IMG/VR virus record: IMGVR_UViG_3300020714_000006
Source: a virus
Taxonomy: Duplodnaviria > Heunggongvirae > Uroviricota > Caudoviricetes
DNA: 64,000 bases
Strand: one strand, 5' to 3'
The position numbers were made by a program, and so were the translations under genes. The notes beneath the pieces are model-generated. The model searched no databases. It saw only the letters and a program-made list of their open reading frames with translations, and had not been told where the DNA came from. This document shows, one piece after another, positions 28,186 to 36,927 of the stretch; within the stretch, counting starts at the first letter, position 1, and each line of letters begins with the position of its first letter.

Positions 28186-28430
28186 CTATGAAAAAAATAA
28201 AAGATACAATCATTGCCATTACATTGGTAGTGGTTGGATTGACCTTTGCATTTTTAATAGGTATCGGTGCATATGAAACCCTTACCAAAATAAGATTATT
28301 ATTACAATGAACATAATATTATATACCATTTTAACGTGCTTGGCTGCTGCAATAATTCATTACGATTTGTATGTAGTATTTGCAATGCCAATAATATTAT
28401 AAAAGTTATATCATTTTAAACGGAGAGAAG

Positions 28431-28652
28431 ATGAAAGAGAAAATTAAGGAAATAGCTCAACAAGCTGGATTAGTAGCAGATAACAATATATTTAGATTAG
28501 AACACTTTGCTGAATTAATTGCAATGGATGTTATATCCATTATCACAAGTCAGCAAAGTGATACCGAATTCTTAGATGATTGGGATTATGGATATGATGC
28601 AGCCTTGGATAAAACTGAAAATGACTTAAGAAAATATTTTGGAGTTGATTAA
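28431..28652 (+). CDS. FAEMIVKEC..HFGV-family protein.
   Basis: Contains HFAELIAMDV and ends RKYFGVD. Confidence 0.45.
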   Translation: MKEKIKEIAQQAGLVADNNIFRLEHFAELIAMDVISIITSQQSDTEFLDDWDYGYDAALDKTENDLRKYFGVD

Positions 28653-28704
28653 TGCGAAAACCTAACAGTAATTATAATTACTGTTAGGGAATTATATAAG
28701 TTTA

Positions 28705-29292
28705 TTATAATTTTAATTTTTTAAGATTAAATGGGAGGCGTCCTGGAACACATTCTTCTGGACAGGATGAGCTTAAGAAAGAACGTTGTCCATTATTATA
28801 CCATTTATAATTTTCTCGTGACTTAGTTCTTTGGGCAATTGCATCAGCCGGTTGTTGTTTTCCACGTTTTACTGCTGCATTATTTTCTTTATGTTCCGCA
28901 GTTTGTGGTCCATAACGTTGCCCTTTCTTAACAGATGCCATATGCTGTTTGTATTCTGCAGTGCGAACTTTTCCAGAATTAGCAATTGATAATTTTTTAA
29001 TAGTTTCAATAGAATGCTTACCACTATGACCAGCTTCTTCTTTAAGATTAGCCCATTCAGTGCTTTCAACTACATTCCATAAATTACTATAATATAAACC
29101 CCATTCTTCAATTTCGCTCATGCTTTGACATTCTTTGAGAATTATTGTTTCAACATCATATCCATGTTTTTTGATGTGTAATTTCCATTTAACTCCAGAA
29201 CCTTTATAATTGTATGGGTCTGGTTTAGTTGTCATTCCTAAATATTTAAGGCCGGTTTTTCTATGTGTTTTTTGGTATAGATAAATAATCAT
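28705..29292 (-). CDS. GIY-YIG-like (Seg-type) homing endonuclease.
   Basis: N-terminal IIYLYQKTHRKTGLKYLGMTT..YKGSGVKWKLHIKKHG, a basic C-terminal half, and a CPEEC cluster. Confidence 0.6.
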   Translation of the reverse strand: MIIYLYQKTHRKTGLKYLGMTTKPDPYNYKGSGVKWKLHIKKHGYDVETIILKECQSMSEIEEWGLYYSNLWNVVESTEWANLKEEAGHSGKHSIETIKKLSIANSGKVRTAEYKQHMASVKKGQRYGPQTAEHKENNAAVKRGKQQPADAIAQRTKSRENYKWYNNGQRSFLSSSCPEECVPGRLPFNLKKLKL

Positions 29293-29426
29293 GTTGATAC
29301 TCCATATAGTATTAAAGTAGATGGGAAGTCCAATTCCGCGATCTACACTTATTTATCATTTTCTTCTTGACATTTATACTTCATTATAATATAATATACT
29401 CTTATAAACTATAAAATATTAAAAAT

Positions 29427-29930
29427 ATGAATGATAAACCATTATGCATAATGCTTGTAGGTATTCCAGGTAGTGGAAAATCCTATTTTAACCAATATTC
29501 ATTATATGAAATGTTCCCGCAATTATCACATGATAATACTGTATTTGTGAGCACAGACAAGTATATTGAACAATACGCAACTCAACACAATAAAACTTAT
29601 AATGAGGTGTTTCAAGAACAAATTAAACCAGCCACTAAAAATATGTATGACATGGTAGAAGATGCAGTTAATAATAATAAAAACATATCATGGGACCAAA
29701 CAAATACCAGTGTTAAAACAAGATCATTTAAAATTAAAGCAGTTCCTGATACCTATGAGAAAATTGCTGTCATGTTTATGACACCAGAAGATAAAGAACA
29801 CGCTAGACGATTAGCATCACGACCTGGTAAGAATATACCAGATGAAATAATGGCTAATATGAAAGCACAATTAGAAATTCCAACCGAAAAGGAAGGATTT
29901 GATAATATTATTTTTGTAGATAACAAATAG
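29427..29930 (+). CDS. P-loop kinase (polynucleotide-kinase/AAA_33-like).
   Basis: Walker A IMLVGIPGSGKSYF, a downstream Asp, and an RRLASRPG lid-like motif. Confidence 0.5.
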   Translation: MNDKPLCIMLVGIPGSGKSYFNQYSLYEMFPQLSHDNTVFVSTDKYIEQYATQHNKTYNEVFQEQIKPATKNMYDMVEDAVNNNKNISWDQTNTSVKTRSFKIKAVPDTYEKIAVMFMTPEDKEHARRLASRPGKNIPDEIMANMKAQLEIPTEKEGFDNIIFVDNK

Positions 29931-29941
29931 AAGGAATAAAA

Positions 29942-30172
29942 ATGCCAAAGAAAATCGAAGCGTTAACAGTACCAACTTTTGCTGATGTGGAAAAAGATGG
30001 GGATTGGTATCATATACTAATACCAGATCATGAAGTGTGTGAAGCACAACTTATAAGATGGGATTTTAATTATGATCTATGGCAATCGTTAATAATCCCA
30101 AATGATAGCAGAGATGAGGCATTTTGTTATTTTATGTATGAAGATGGTATAAGATTTTCTGATACATTTTAA
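29942..30172 (+). CDS. Hypothetical protein.
   Basis: ORF. Confidence 0.4.
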   Translation: MPKKIEALTVPTFADVEKDGDWYHILIPDHEVCEAQLIRWDFNYDLWQSLIIPNDSRDEAFCYFMYEDGIRFSDTF

Positions 30173-30180
30173 GGAATATA

Positions 30181-30444
30181 ATGAGCAATCATATTTATTG
30201 GGTTGAAGTCCTTGAAAGAGAACCAGGTACCTTAGATAGCAAACAAGTTTTAAATGAATATCCATTCCCAGAGGTACCATTTGAACCATTTGGGTTTGAC
30301 TTGGAACTGTTCAAAGAACAACTTAACAAAATTGAAAATAGGCACCAACGGCTTGCTTCACAGAACAGATTTAACTTTATTACTGAACGATGGCATCCAA
30401 ATAATTTTCTTAGAGTTGTAAGAAAACCTTGGAAATATGCTTGA
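30181..30444 (+). CDS. Hypothetical protein.
   Basis: ORF. Confidence 0.4.
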   Translation: MSNHIYWVEVLEREPGTLDSKQVLNEYPFPEVPFEPFGFDLELFKEQLNKIENRHQRLASQNRFNFITERWHPNNFLRVVRKPWKYA

Positions 30445-30469
30445 CAAACTATACAATAACCAGTATAAT
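30441..30469 (+). promoter_or_regulatory. Sigma70 consensus promoter.
   Basis: TTGACA(30441-46), a 17-nt spacer, then TATAAT(30464-69). Confidence 0.7.
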
Positions 30470-30486
30470 ATAATCTTTAATTACAC

Positions 30487-30688
30487 AGGAACATGCATGA
30501 GCACATTTTATAAAATAGTTTTATCAATAGTTGTAATTTTTATACAACTATTCTTTATAGCACCTTGGTTGGTTTCACAACCATCTGATACTACTGTAAT
30601 AACTGGTTTTGTTGATTTAATTTTATTGATTCCACAAGGATGGCTATTGGGTAAATGGATTGGTTTAACATTCGATAAGGAACAATAA
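30487..30688 (+). CDS. Small membrane protein. The start is probably the ATG at 30487, inside the tracked ORF 30437-30688.
   Basis: Two transmembrane helices. Confidence 0.4.
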
Positions 30689-31068
30689 TGGACTTTACGA
30701 TAGAACAATATTTAGACACCATTGATTACAAAATTGGTGATGGATCTAAATTTATGTGGTCTTGTTTTGGACCAAAAGCATATCAATATACATATGCCGC
30801 AATAAACTTTACAAGCTATGTCTTCGAATTAAATATGATTTTTGATACAGAAACTAGAATTGTATATGTAGTTGAGTTTTGTGTTGTTGAAGGCGATAAA
30901 GTATACAAATGTTTCAATCCAGAATTTAAAGAAGCATACGATACAGAAGAAAAAATCAAGAATGAAAGCCTTGGGTTTGAGCCTATTGAATATGAAGATT
31001 ATACTGATAGAACACATGAGTTTAAAAATTTAGTAAACAGTTATTTTAACAAAATAGAGATTGTGTAA
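30688..31068 (+). CDS. Hypothetical protein.
   Basis: ORF. Confidence 0.4.
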   Translation: MDFTIEQYLDTIDYKIGDGSKFMWSCFGPKAYQYTYAAINFTSYVFELNMIFDTETRIVYVVEFCVVEGDKVYKCFNPEFKEAYDTEEKIKNESLGFEPIEYEDYTDRTHEFKNLVNSYFNKIEIV

Positions 31069-31289
31069 TGTGTACACCCAAAGAAAAAGCAGAAATTGAC
31101 AAAGAAGTCCACGAATGGTGGTCTAGAAATCAAGATGTTGTAGAAAAAATCAATAATTCAATGAACATGGTTGAAATCAATTCTGATATAACAATTGACA
31201 ATTTTTCAGACACTATAGATAAGTTAATTCAAAAATCAGAGAGATACCATAAGGAATTTTTAGATGAAATTAAAGGAAATAATACTTAA
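31068..31289 (+). CDS. Hypothetical protein.
   Basis: ORF. Confidence 0.4.
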   Translation: MCTPKEKAEIDKEVHEWWSRNQDVVEKINNSMNMVEINSDITIDNFSDTIDKLIQKSERYHKEFLDEIKGNNT

Positions 31290-31551
31290 GCCAGAATTAA
31301 TAAATTGGGACATATTGAAGAACCCAGAAATTGCAAAACCGGTATATAAATTATTTAAATATTACAAAGATATTTCTCATAAGTTTTCAATTCCATCTAC
31401 CGATTTATATAACAACTATCAAATAACAGATATAATAATTGATTTACATAAAATTAAACATGATGCATTATTTATATTTTCAAATACAGATCAAATTATT
31501 AAAGTGATAGATAGACTAATTAGTTATTTTGAATATAATGAATTATCATAA
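31264..31551 (+). CDS. Hypothetical protein, paralog of 21211-21513.
   Basis: Shared tail motif QITDIIIDLHKIKHDALFIFSNTDQIIKVIDRLISYFEYNELS. Confidence 0.5.
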   Translation: MKLKEIILKPELINWDILKNPEIAKPVYKLFKYYKDISHKFSIPSTDLYNNYQITDIIIDLHKIKHDALFIFSNTDQIIKVIDRLISYFEYNELS

Positions 31552-31576
31552 TTTTTAACAAAACAGAGAGTAAAAC

Positions 31577-32431
31577 ATGAAGAAAATTTTAGCAGTATTA
31601 GCATTTGCATTTTTAATAACCGGTTGCAGTGATGTTCCGTCTGGATACGTTGGTATTAAGGTAAATCTTCTTGGTTCTGAAAAAGGGGTAGATCTACAAG
31701 AGTTAGGGACCGGTCGATATTGGATTGGTATTAATGAAAAATTATATACATTTCCGGTATTTTCACAGAACCAAGTTTGGACAAAAGATAGTAATGAAGG
31801 AAGTCCAAACGATGACAGTGTGACCTTTAATACTGAAGAAGGGCTTTCTGTTAACACCGACATTGGTATATCTTATAGTATAGATCCAAAGCGGGTATCT
31901 CTAATCTTTCAAAAATATAGAAAAGGTATAGATGAAATTACTTCTATATACATGAGAAGCATGGTGCGTGATGCATTAGTAGCAGAAGCATCTTCTAGGT
32001 CAATGGAAAGTATTTATGGTAGAGGAAAAACTGATTTTATAGCTGCTGTCCAACACCGGGTTATATCACAAACAGAACCACTTGGTATAATTGTAGAGAA
32101 GATTTATTTAATTGGTGAGTTAAGATTGCCACAAAGTGTTATTTCTTCGATAAATGCAAAAATTGAAGCCACACAGAAGACAGCACAAAGAGAAAATGAG
32201 GTTGCCCAGTCGAAAGCAGAGGCCGATAAATTAGAGCAAACCGCTAGAGGGGAAGCAAATTCAAAATTGCTTTTAGCAGAAGCGGAAGCCAAAGCTATTA
32301 AAATAAAAGGTGATGCTCTATCAGCTAATCCAAAATTGGTAGAATTATCAGCAGTAGAAAAATGGAACGGGGTTTTACCACAATATATGATGGGTTCGAC
32401 AACACCATTTATAAATATGTCTTCAAAATAG
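31577..32431 (+). CDS. SPFH/band-7 (prohibitin/HflKC-like) domain lipoprotein.
   Basis: Signal peptide with an LITGCS lipobox, an SPFH core (GYVGIKV...DSVTFNTEEGLSVNTDIGISYSIDP), and an Ala/Glu-rich coiled-coil C-terminus. Confidence 0.6.
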   Translation: MKKILAVLAFAFLITGCSDVPSGYVGIKVNLLGSEKGVDLQELGTGRYWIGINEKLYTFPVFSQNQVWTKDSNEGSPNDDSVTFNTEEGLSVNTDIGISYSIDPKRVSLIFQKYRKGIDEITSIYMRSMVRDALVAEASSRSMESIYGRGKTDFIAAVQHRVISQTEPLGIIVEKIYLIGELRLPQSVISSINAKIEATQKTAQRENEVAQSKAEADKLEQTARGEANSKLLLAEAEAKAIKIKGDALSANPKLVELSAVEKWNGVLPQYMMGSTTPFINMSSK

Positions 32432-32438
32432 GTTTAAC

Positions 32439-32467
32439 TACATCCAGACGGTTACCGTCTGGATGTA
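32439..32467. terminator. 13-bp perfect inverted repeat, a probable bidirectional terminator.
   Basis: tacatccagacgg tta ccgtctggatgta, lying between convergent genes. Confidence 0.6.
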
Positions 32468-32478
32468 CTATCAAAAAA

Positions 32479-33444
32479 TTATTTTGGATGATTGCGATTA
32501 TAAGTTTCTTTATATTTTAATCTTGACTGCAGTTTTTGTTCGGCGGTCCTACCACTTTTTGTTTGTTTTTCTTTCCGTTTTCGTTCATTCTCCTGTTCAG
32601 GAGTTCTAGCAGCATGAGAATTTTTTAGTTTTAGTGTTATTACTAATTTTTCTTCTGGTGTTTTAGCATCAAATGTAGCTTTGCGCTTTGCTATAATATC
32701 TAATTTTTCTTCTAACGGTTTTGCCTCGATGGTTGCTTTAAGTGTTGTTTTTTGTTTTTCTATTTGAGTTTGTTTTTCTTCAGGTGACCTAGCATTCTTT
32801 GTTTTCCATTCTTTTTGTTTAGTTTCCAATTTTTCTTCTGATGTTCTATTAATTTTAGCTAATCTTTGTTTTTCTTTCGTTGCTAATTTTTCCTCTGGAG
32901 ATTTTGCATCTTCTGTAGCTTTTTTCTTTGCATTGACCAATAATCTTTCTGCTGGGGTTCTTGAAGTTTTTGCTAGTCGTTGCTTTTCTTTAATTGTATA
33001 GTTTTCTTCTGCACTTCTAGCTGCTTCTGTAGCTTTTTTCTTTTCTGCAATTAATGTTTTTTCATACAAACATTTAGCCTTTCTAGTTATTGCAGTTTTT
33101 GCAATAGAATCTTCAGTAGCATGAAATTTATTACCACCGTTATTTTTATTAAGCCAATATGGACTTTTCGCTGCATTAATTCTTGTTAAGAACTTATGTT
33201 CCCAAGCGACTGTATCTTTTCTAGTTTTAAATATTTTTCGTATTTGAACAGAAAATAATTCCTTGCCATGTAGAGCAATTAGATTTTTTATTTCTTTTGA
33301 TGATGTAAAATATGTCACCCAAAACTCAGTTGGATTTGCCACATTTTTTCTACTATTTGCATACCTACATCCGTAATAACGTTGGCCGGTTATTAGAAAT
33401 GTTATGCAATATGTATACGGGACATAAATAAGTTTGTTGGTCAT
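32479..33444 (-). CDS. GIY-YIG homing endonuclease with about eight tandem DNA-binding repeat modules.
   Basis: N-terminal YVPYTYCITFLITGQRYYGCRYANS, followed by repeats of the form TPEEKLxxKEKQRLAKxxRT. Confidence 0.7.
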   Translation of the reverse strand: MTNKLIYVPYTYCITFLITGQRYYGCRYANSRKNVANPTEFWVTYFTSSKEIKNLIALHGKELFSVQIRKIFKTRKDTVAWEHKFLTRINAAKSPYWLNKNNGGNKFHATEDSIAKTAITRKAKCLYEKTLIAEKKKATEAARSAEENYTIKEKQRLAKTSRTPAERLLVNAKKKATEDAKSPEEKLATKEKQRLAKINRTSEEKLETKQKEWKTKNARSPEEKQTQIEKQKTTLKATIEAKPLEEKLDIIAKRKATFDAKTPEEKLVITLKLKNSHAARTPEQENERKRKEKQTKSGRTAEQKLQSRLKYKETYNRNHPK

Positions 33445-33571
33445 AATTGTTTCCTTAAATAATTGTTAGAATGATTAATGCTTATGGGAATTTGCCGTTC
33501 CGCGATAAGCAACCGATTTTCTCAATCGATGTATTTATTTATATAAAAAACTAATTTACGTCGTTTCTTTC

Positions 33572-33600
33572 TTGTAATAGCACAAAAAATGTGTTATAAT
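33572..33600 (+). promoter_or_regulatory. Sigma70 consensus promoter.
   Basis: TTGTAA(33572-77), a 17-nt spacer, then TATAAT(33595-600). Confidence 0.6.
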
Positions 33601-33606
33601 ATTTCA

Positions 33607-33646
33607 AATAATTTAATTTTTATACCCTCTTCGGAGGGCTTTTCTG
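33607..33646 (+). ncRNA. Candidate short transcript or leader: the promoter is followed at about +25 by a GC-clamped hairpin and a U-rich tract.
   Basis: ccctcttcggaggg(33625-38) followed by cttttctg. This could be an sRNA or an attenuator for the gene at 33659. Confidence 0.35.
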
Positions 33647-33658
33647 CGTGGTGAAGAA

Positions 33659-33965
33659 ATGATAGACATAAATGAATACGTAATACATACAAAAAAAATC
33701 TATATTTGGTAATAACCAAGCAGTCTTCAAATTCCCAAATGGATACGGCGCATCATTAATCCAAGGACCAACAACATATGGTGGTGATGAAGGATTATTT
33801 GAACTAGGTGTGTTGATATTTAGTGATGCCGGATGGGAGTTATGCTATACCACATCAATAGCAGATGATGTTATTGGTAATTTAAATGAAGATGATGTAG
33901 TAGAAATATTAAATAAGATTTATAAATTAAACAAGAGAATAACAAATGAAAATATCCAGGACTGA
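33659..33965 (+). pseudogene. Small protein gene split by a frameshift in an A8 run.
   Basis: MIDINEYVIHTKK(33659..) runs into a stop. The +2 frame continues SIFGNNQAVFKFPNGYG...NENIQD* with no ATG of its own. The junction is at the A8 run 33691-33698. Confidence 0.45.
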
Positions 33966-34137
33966 ATTAAACAAGATACAAGAAACATTAAACAAATTTC
34001 CAGATGTACAGGAATTTAAAATTATTAAAGAAGGTAGTAGTGGTATTGGGAACATATTAAGTATTATGTTTAACCAAGAAGTAAACGGTGTAATGGCAGC
34101 AGTGCAAATAGAAATATCTGGTGTGGAGGATTGGTAG
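33946..34137 (+). CDS. Hypothetical protein.
   Basis: ORF. Confidence 0.4.
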   Translation: MKISRTELNKIQETLNKFPDVQEFKIIKEGSSGIGNILSIMFNQEVNGVMAAVQIEISGVEDW

Positions 34138-34320
34138 TTGTTTATATTGATCTTGATTACCTCACTTAAAGCACAGTTCCATCATCAGATTGAATTACAC
34201 ACTATACAAGGCTTGAAAACTGAAAACCAATGCCAGACCATAGGTAAGAAATTATCAGACGAATTTAAGCATTTAAATGCCGATATGGATGTAAAAATAA
34301 TGTGTGAAGAAGGTAAATAG
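34138..34320 (+). CDS. Hypothetical protein.
   Basis: ORF. Confidence 0.35.
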   Translation: MFILILITSLKAQFHHQIELHTIQGLKTENQCQTIGKKLSDEFKHLNADMDVKIMCEEGK

Positions 34321-34329
34321 CCAGACAAA

Positions 34330-34358
34330 AGAAAGCCCGCATTTAGCGGGCTTTTTAT
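34330..34358. terminator. Bidirectional intrinsic terminator.
   Basis: agcccgc attta gcgggct, flanked by an A run and a T run, between convergent genes. Confidence 0.7.
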
Positions 34359-34369
34359 TGCTTAAAATA

Positions 34370-34663
34370 TTAATTCATCTCAATTGACAACAATGCCATT
34401 GAAAGTAAAGCTTCATTCTTAACACAGATCCAATAAATTCTTTTAGAGTAATGACCTTTACTCTCTACAGTTTCCCATTTACCGGCATATTTAATATGAC
34501 TAGCCATGCACCAAATATACCTAGTAGGACGTGGGTACCGTTCTTCTAAATAATTTTTAATGTTCATGTAATTAGAAATTCCTTCACCTGCACCAAATCT
34601 TACAGCGTGGGTAAATCCATGCTTAAATGCCCTATTTCTTCTATCTAACTTTACTATCTTCAT
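34370..34663 (-). CDS. Hypothetical protein, the last gene of the minus-strand array.
   Basis: ORF lacking the WFxLRW tail. Confidence 0.4.
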   Translation of the reverse strand: MKIVKLDRRNRAFKHGFTHAVRFGAGEGISNYMNIKNYLEERYPRPTRYIWCMASHIKYAGKWETVESKGHYSKRIYWICVKNEALLSMALLSIEMN

Positions 34664-34857
34664 TTACTCCACCTCATTAAGAACCAATTACGATCTTCTT
34701 CATTTTCAAACCAAAATACGCCAGATTTGTGTGTCCAACGTGTACCACGATTACCAAATGATGATTTCATCCACGCTGCTTGTTCTTTGACAATAGACGA
34801 CAAACAGCAATGTTTAATCCAATAATTATACTTCATCCCCATCTCAATAAAAACCAA
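34660..34857 (-). CDS. WFxLRW-family small protein.
   Basis: C-terminus FENEEDRNWFLMRWSK. Confidence 0.6.
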   Translation of the reverse strand: MVFIEMGMKYNYWIKHCCLSSIVKEQAAWMKSSFGNRGTRWTHKSGVFWFENEEDRNWFLMRWSK

Positions 34858-35111
34858 TTCATATCTTCTCTATTTTTAAAATGAAAATGAGTTCCTGCTA
34901 CGAGCACACGGTCTCTTCCAAAATTATGACACCAGTCATGAATTGGTGGCAAATAGGTTTCATGCCAACCAGAACCTGGTTGATATAAATCATACCAATT
35001 AATGCTATAGATATCACACAATGAAAAAATAAGCCCATATTCATACTCTCTATCTAAAAAAGAAAATCTGTGAAACGTATATTCTTTCATGACCACCTCA
35101 ATACAAACCAA
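34833..35111 (-). CDS. WFxLRW-family small protein.
   Basis: Contains HDWCHNFG and the C-terminus FKNREDMNWFLLRWG. Confidence 0.6.
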   Translation of the reverse strand: MVCIEVVMKEYTFHRFSFLDREYEYGLIFSLCDIYSINWYDLYQPGSGWHETYLPPIHDWCHNFGRDRVLVAGTHFHFKNREDMNWFLLRWG

Positions 35112-35314
35112 TTATAATGCGCTTCACTTTCAAATGTAAGATATGTTTTTTCTAATGTTGCGTGAAATGGTTCTAACTCTTTATTGATATTATCAATTCT
35201 AGCAATTCTATCAACATGTAATAATCCAACTAAACTCTTACTCTTAAGAACAGTCTCTTGGTAAAAGTTCAACCACCCTGGAACAGTTATATAATTCTTT
35301 CTAATCTTTTTCAT
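35087..35314 (-). CDS. WFxLRW-family small protein.
   Basis: C-terminus FESEAHYNWFVLRWS. Confidence 0.6.
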   Translation of the reverse strand: MKKIRKNYITVPGWLNFYQETVLKSKSLVGLLHVDRIARIDNINKELEPFHATLEKTYLTFESEAHYNWFVLRWS

Positions 35315-35540
35315 GTCCCCACCTTAAAATAAACCAAGTATAATCTGCATCACTTAATGAATATTGATATGTCCCAGGCACCCATTTTGCCGACTTGTAT
35401 CCAATACTATGTAAAAACATCTCGCCACCTTCTCTGGATGTATTTCCAATTCTACTAGAGAAGTGATTACTAAATAATTTTCGAAGTTCTGGATATGAAA
35501 CTATTCGTATTGTTTTCATGAAAACCTCAATATAAACCAA
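35301..35540 (-). CDS. WFxLRW-family small protein.
   Basis: C-terminus DADYTWFILRWGHEKD. Confidence 0.6.
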   Translation of the reverse strand: MVYIEVFMKTIRIVSYPELRKLFSNHFSSRIGNTSREGGEMFLHSIGYKSAKWVPGTYQYSLSDADYTWFILRWGHEKD

Positions 35541-35734
35541 TTACGGTCTGCTTCATTTTTAAATTTAAATACATTACCGTAATTGGTGCTAGTATAAATC
35601 CAACTACTGGATTTATTCAAGTTTTGTGGTTTACCCCATTGTTCTTCACACCATTTATACATTTCTTTACGTTTCTTAAAATCTTCATCCGTTAAGACAA
35701 TATGAAATGTATATAATTCTTCATCAATATACAT
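35516..35734 (-). CDS. WFxLRW-family small protein.
   Basis: Contains YKWCEEQWG and the C-terminus FKNEADRNWFILRFS. Confidence 0.6.
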   Translation of the reverse strand: MYIDEELYTFHIVLTDEDFKKRKEMYKWCEEQWGKPQNLNKSSSWIYTSTNYGNVFKFKNEADRNWFILRFS

Positions 35735-35739
35735 TATGA

Positions 35740-36030
35740 TTATTTCCTATAAATATTATTACCATTCATGAATTGGACCATAACAAATTCTTCTTCTGTA
35801 TATTGTTTGCCATTTAAAAACCATGCTTTATACCCATTTGGGTATTCAACAGCAGGGCCATCCAGTCTATGTCTTTTGCCATTTAACCACCATTCTTTAT
35901 GACCAGTTATACCTTCATATGCTGGACCATCTTCTCGGTGTAATCGGCCATTTAATCGCCATGATTTAGTACCGTCTGGATATTCATATTGTTTTGGTTG
36001 TGTTTTCATGACCACCTCAATAAAAACCAA
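35740..36030 (-). CDS. MORN-like repeat protein embedded in the array.
   Basis: LHREDGPAYE, HRLDGPAVEY and YTEEEF. The real start is the internal ATG that forms an ATGA with the upstream stop. Confidence 0.55.
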   Translation of the reverse strand: MVFIEVVMKTQPKQYEYPDGTKSWRLNGRLHREDGPAYEGITGHKEWWLNGKRHRLDGPAVEYPNGYKAWFLNGKQYTEEEFVMVQFMNGNNIYRK

Positions 36031-36254
36031 TTTGCATATGCTTCGTTTCTAAATTTAACTTGAATTGTGCCAATAGTTGTTAGATAGAATGCCCATTCCT
36101 GGTCTTTAAGATAATAAGAATATCCACCGTTCTCTAAACCACCAAAACTTTCAACCAGCCAGTTGTATACCTGATTGGCATTTGATGGAACTTTTATTTC
36201 AATACAATAAAGTTTTTGACCAAGTAAGTCTGTGCTGCATCTAATATTGTTCAT
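36006..36254 (-). CDS. WFxLRW-family small protein.
   Basis: C-terminus FRNEAYANWFLLRWS*. Its last codons (ttgaggtgg tca TGA) provide a GAGGTGG Shine-Dalgarno and an ATGA start for the next gene. Confidence 0.65.
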   Translation of the reverse strand: MNNIRCSTDLLGQKLYCIEIKVPSNANQVYNWLVESFGGLENGGYSYYLKDQEWAFYLTTIGTIQVKFRNEAYANWFLLRWS

Positions 36255-36480
36255 TTGACCACCTTAACATAAACCAATTACGATCTTCCTCCGTTAAAAA
36301 TCTAATGCTAGGATAATCAAATTCTGTATTTACTACATGCCATTTTATTCCATGTTCACCAAATGTATCAGTACACCAATCAATATATTCACTTAATAAG
36401 AAACGTTCGTTATTTTCTAAATCTATAAGATATATAAAAACTTCATTAAATGCTTTCACGACCACCTCAATACAAACCAA
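36241..36480 (-). CDS. WFxLRW-family small protein.
   Basis: Contains IDWCTDTFGEHG and the C-terminus EEDRNWFMLRWSNEQY. Confidence 0.6.
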   Translation of the reverse strand: MVCIEVVVKAFNEVFIYLIDLENNERFLLSEYIDWCTDTFGEHGIKWHVVNTEFDYPSIRFLTEEDRNWFMLRWSNEQY

Positions 36481-36791
36481 TTACGATCTTCTTCACGTAA
36501 GAAACAAAACAAATCACAATCATAGGATTCACGATAATCATGAACCCATCGTTCATATTGTTCACCAAAAGTTTCTTCACACCATTCCCATAATGCTTCT
36601 GCCCAATCTACATTTTCTTGCAATGTAGATTCTATTTTCAATCTATCATCATAGTATAAATTAACCTGCCAGACAAATTCTTCTTTATAAAGTTCCATTT
36701 TAACTCCACTTAAAAATAAACCAGGTCTTGTGTTCTGGTTTTTTAAATGTAATTTTAAATCCATCATACAAATTACCACCAATAGTTGCAT
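36456..36791 (-). CDS. WFxLRW-family small protein.
   Basis: Contains WEWCEETFGEQYE and the C-terminus REEDRNWFVLRWS. Confidence 0.6.
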   Translation of the reverse strand: MQLLVVICMMDLKLHLKNQNTRPGLFLSGVKMELYKEEFVWQVNLYYDDRLKIESTLQENVDWAEALWEWCEETFGEQYERWVHDYRESYDCDLFCFLREEDRNWFVLRWS

Positions 36792-36927
36792 TAAATTCTG
36801 AATTTAACATAGTATCTAACTCTACACTATTGACAATTTTATAATGTTTAACATAATGTTTAATAAAATTTATCCAATATAACGGACACCTGTGTAGTTC
36901 GCCTGGTAATTGAATTACATTATCCAT
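36700..36927 (-). CDS. WFxLRW-family small protein.
   Basis: C-terminus FKKPEHKTWFIFKWS. Confidence 0.55.
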   Translation of the reverse strand: MDNVIQLPGELHRCPLYWINFIKHYVKHYKIVNSVELDTMLNSEFNATIGGNLYDGFKITFKKPEHKTWFIFKWS

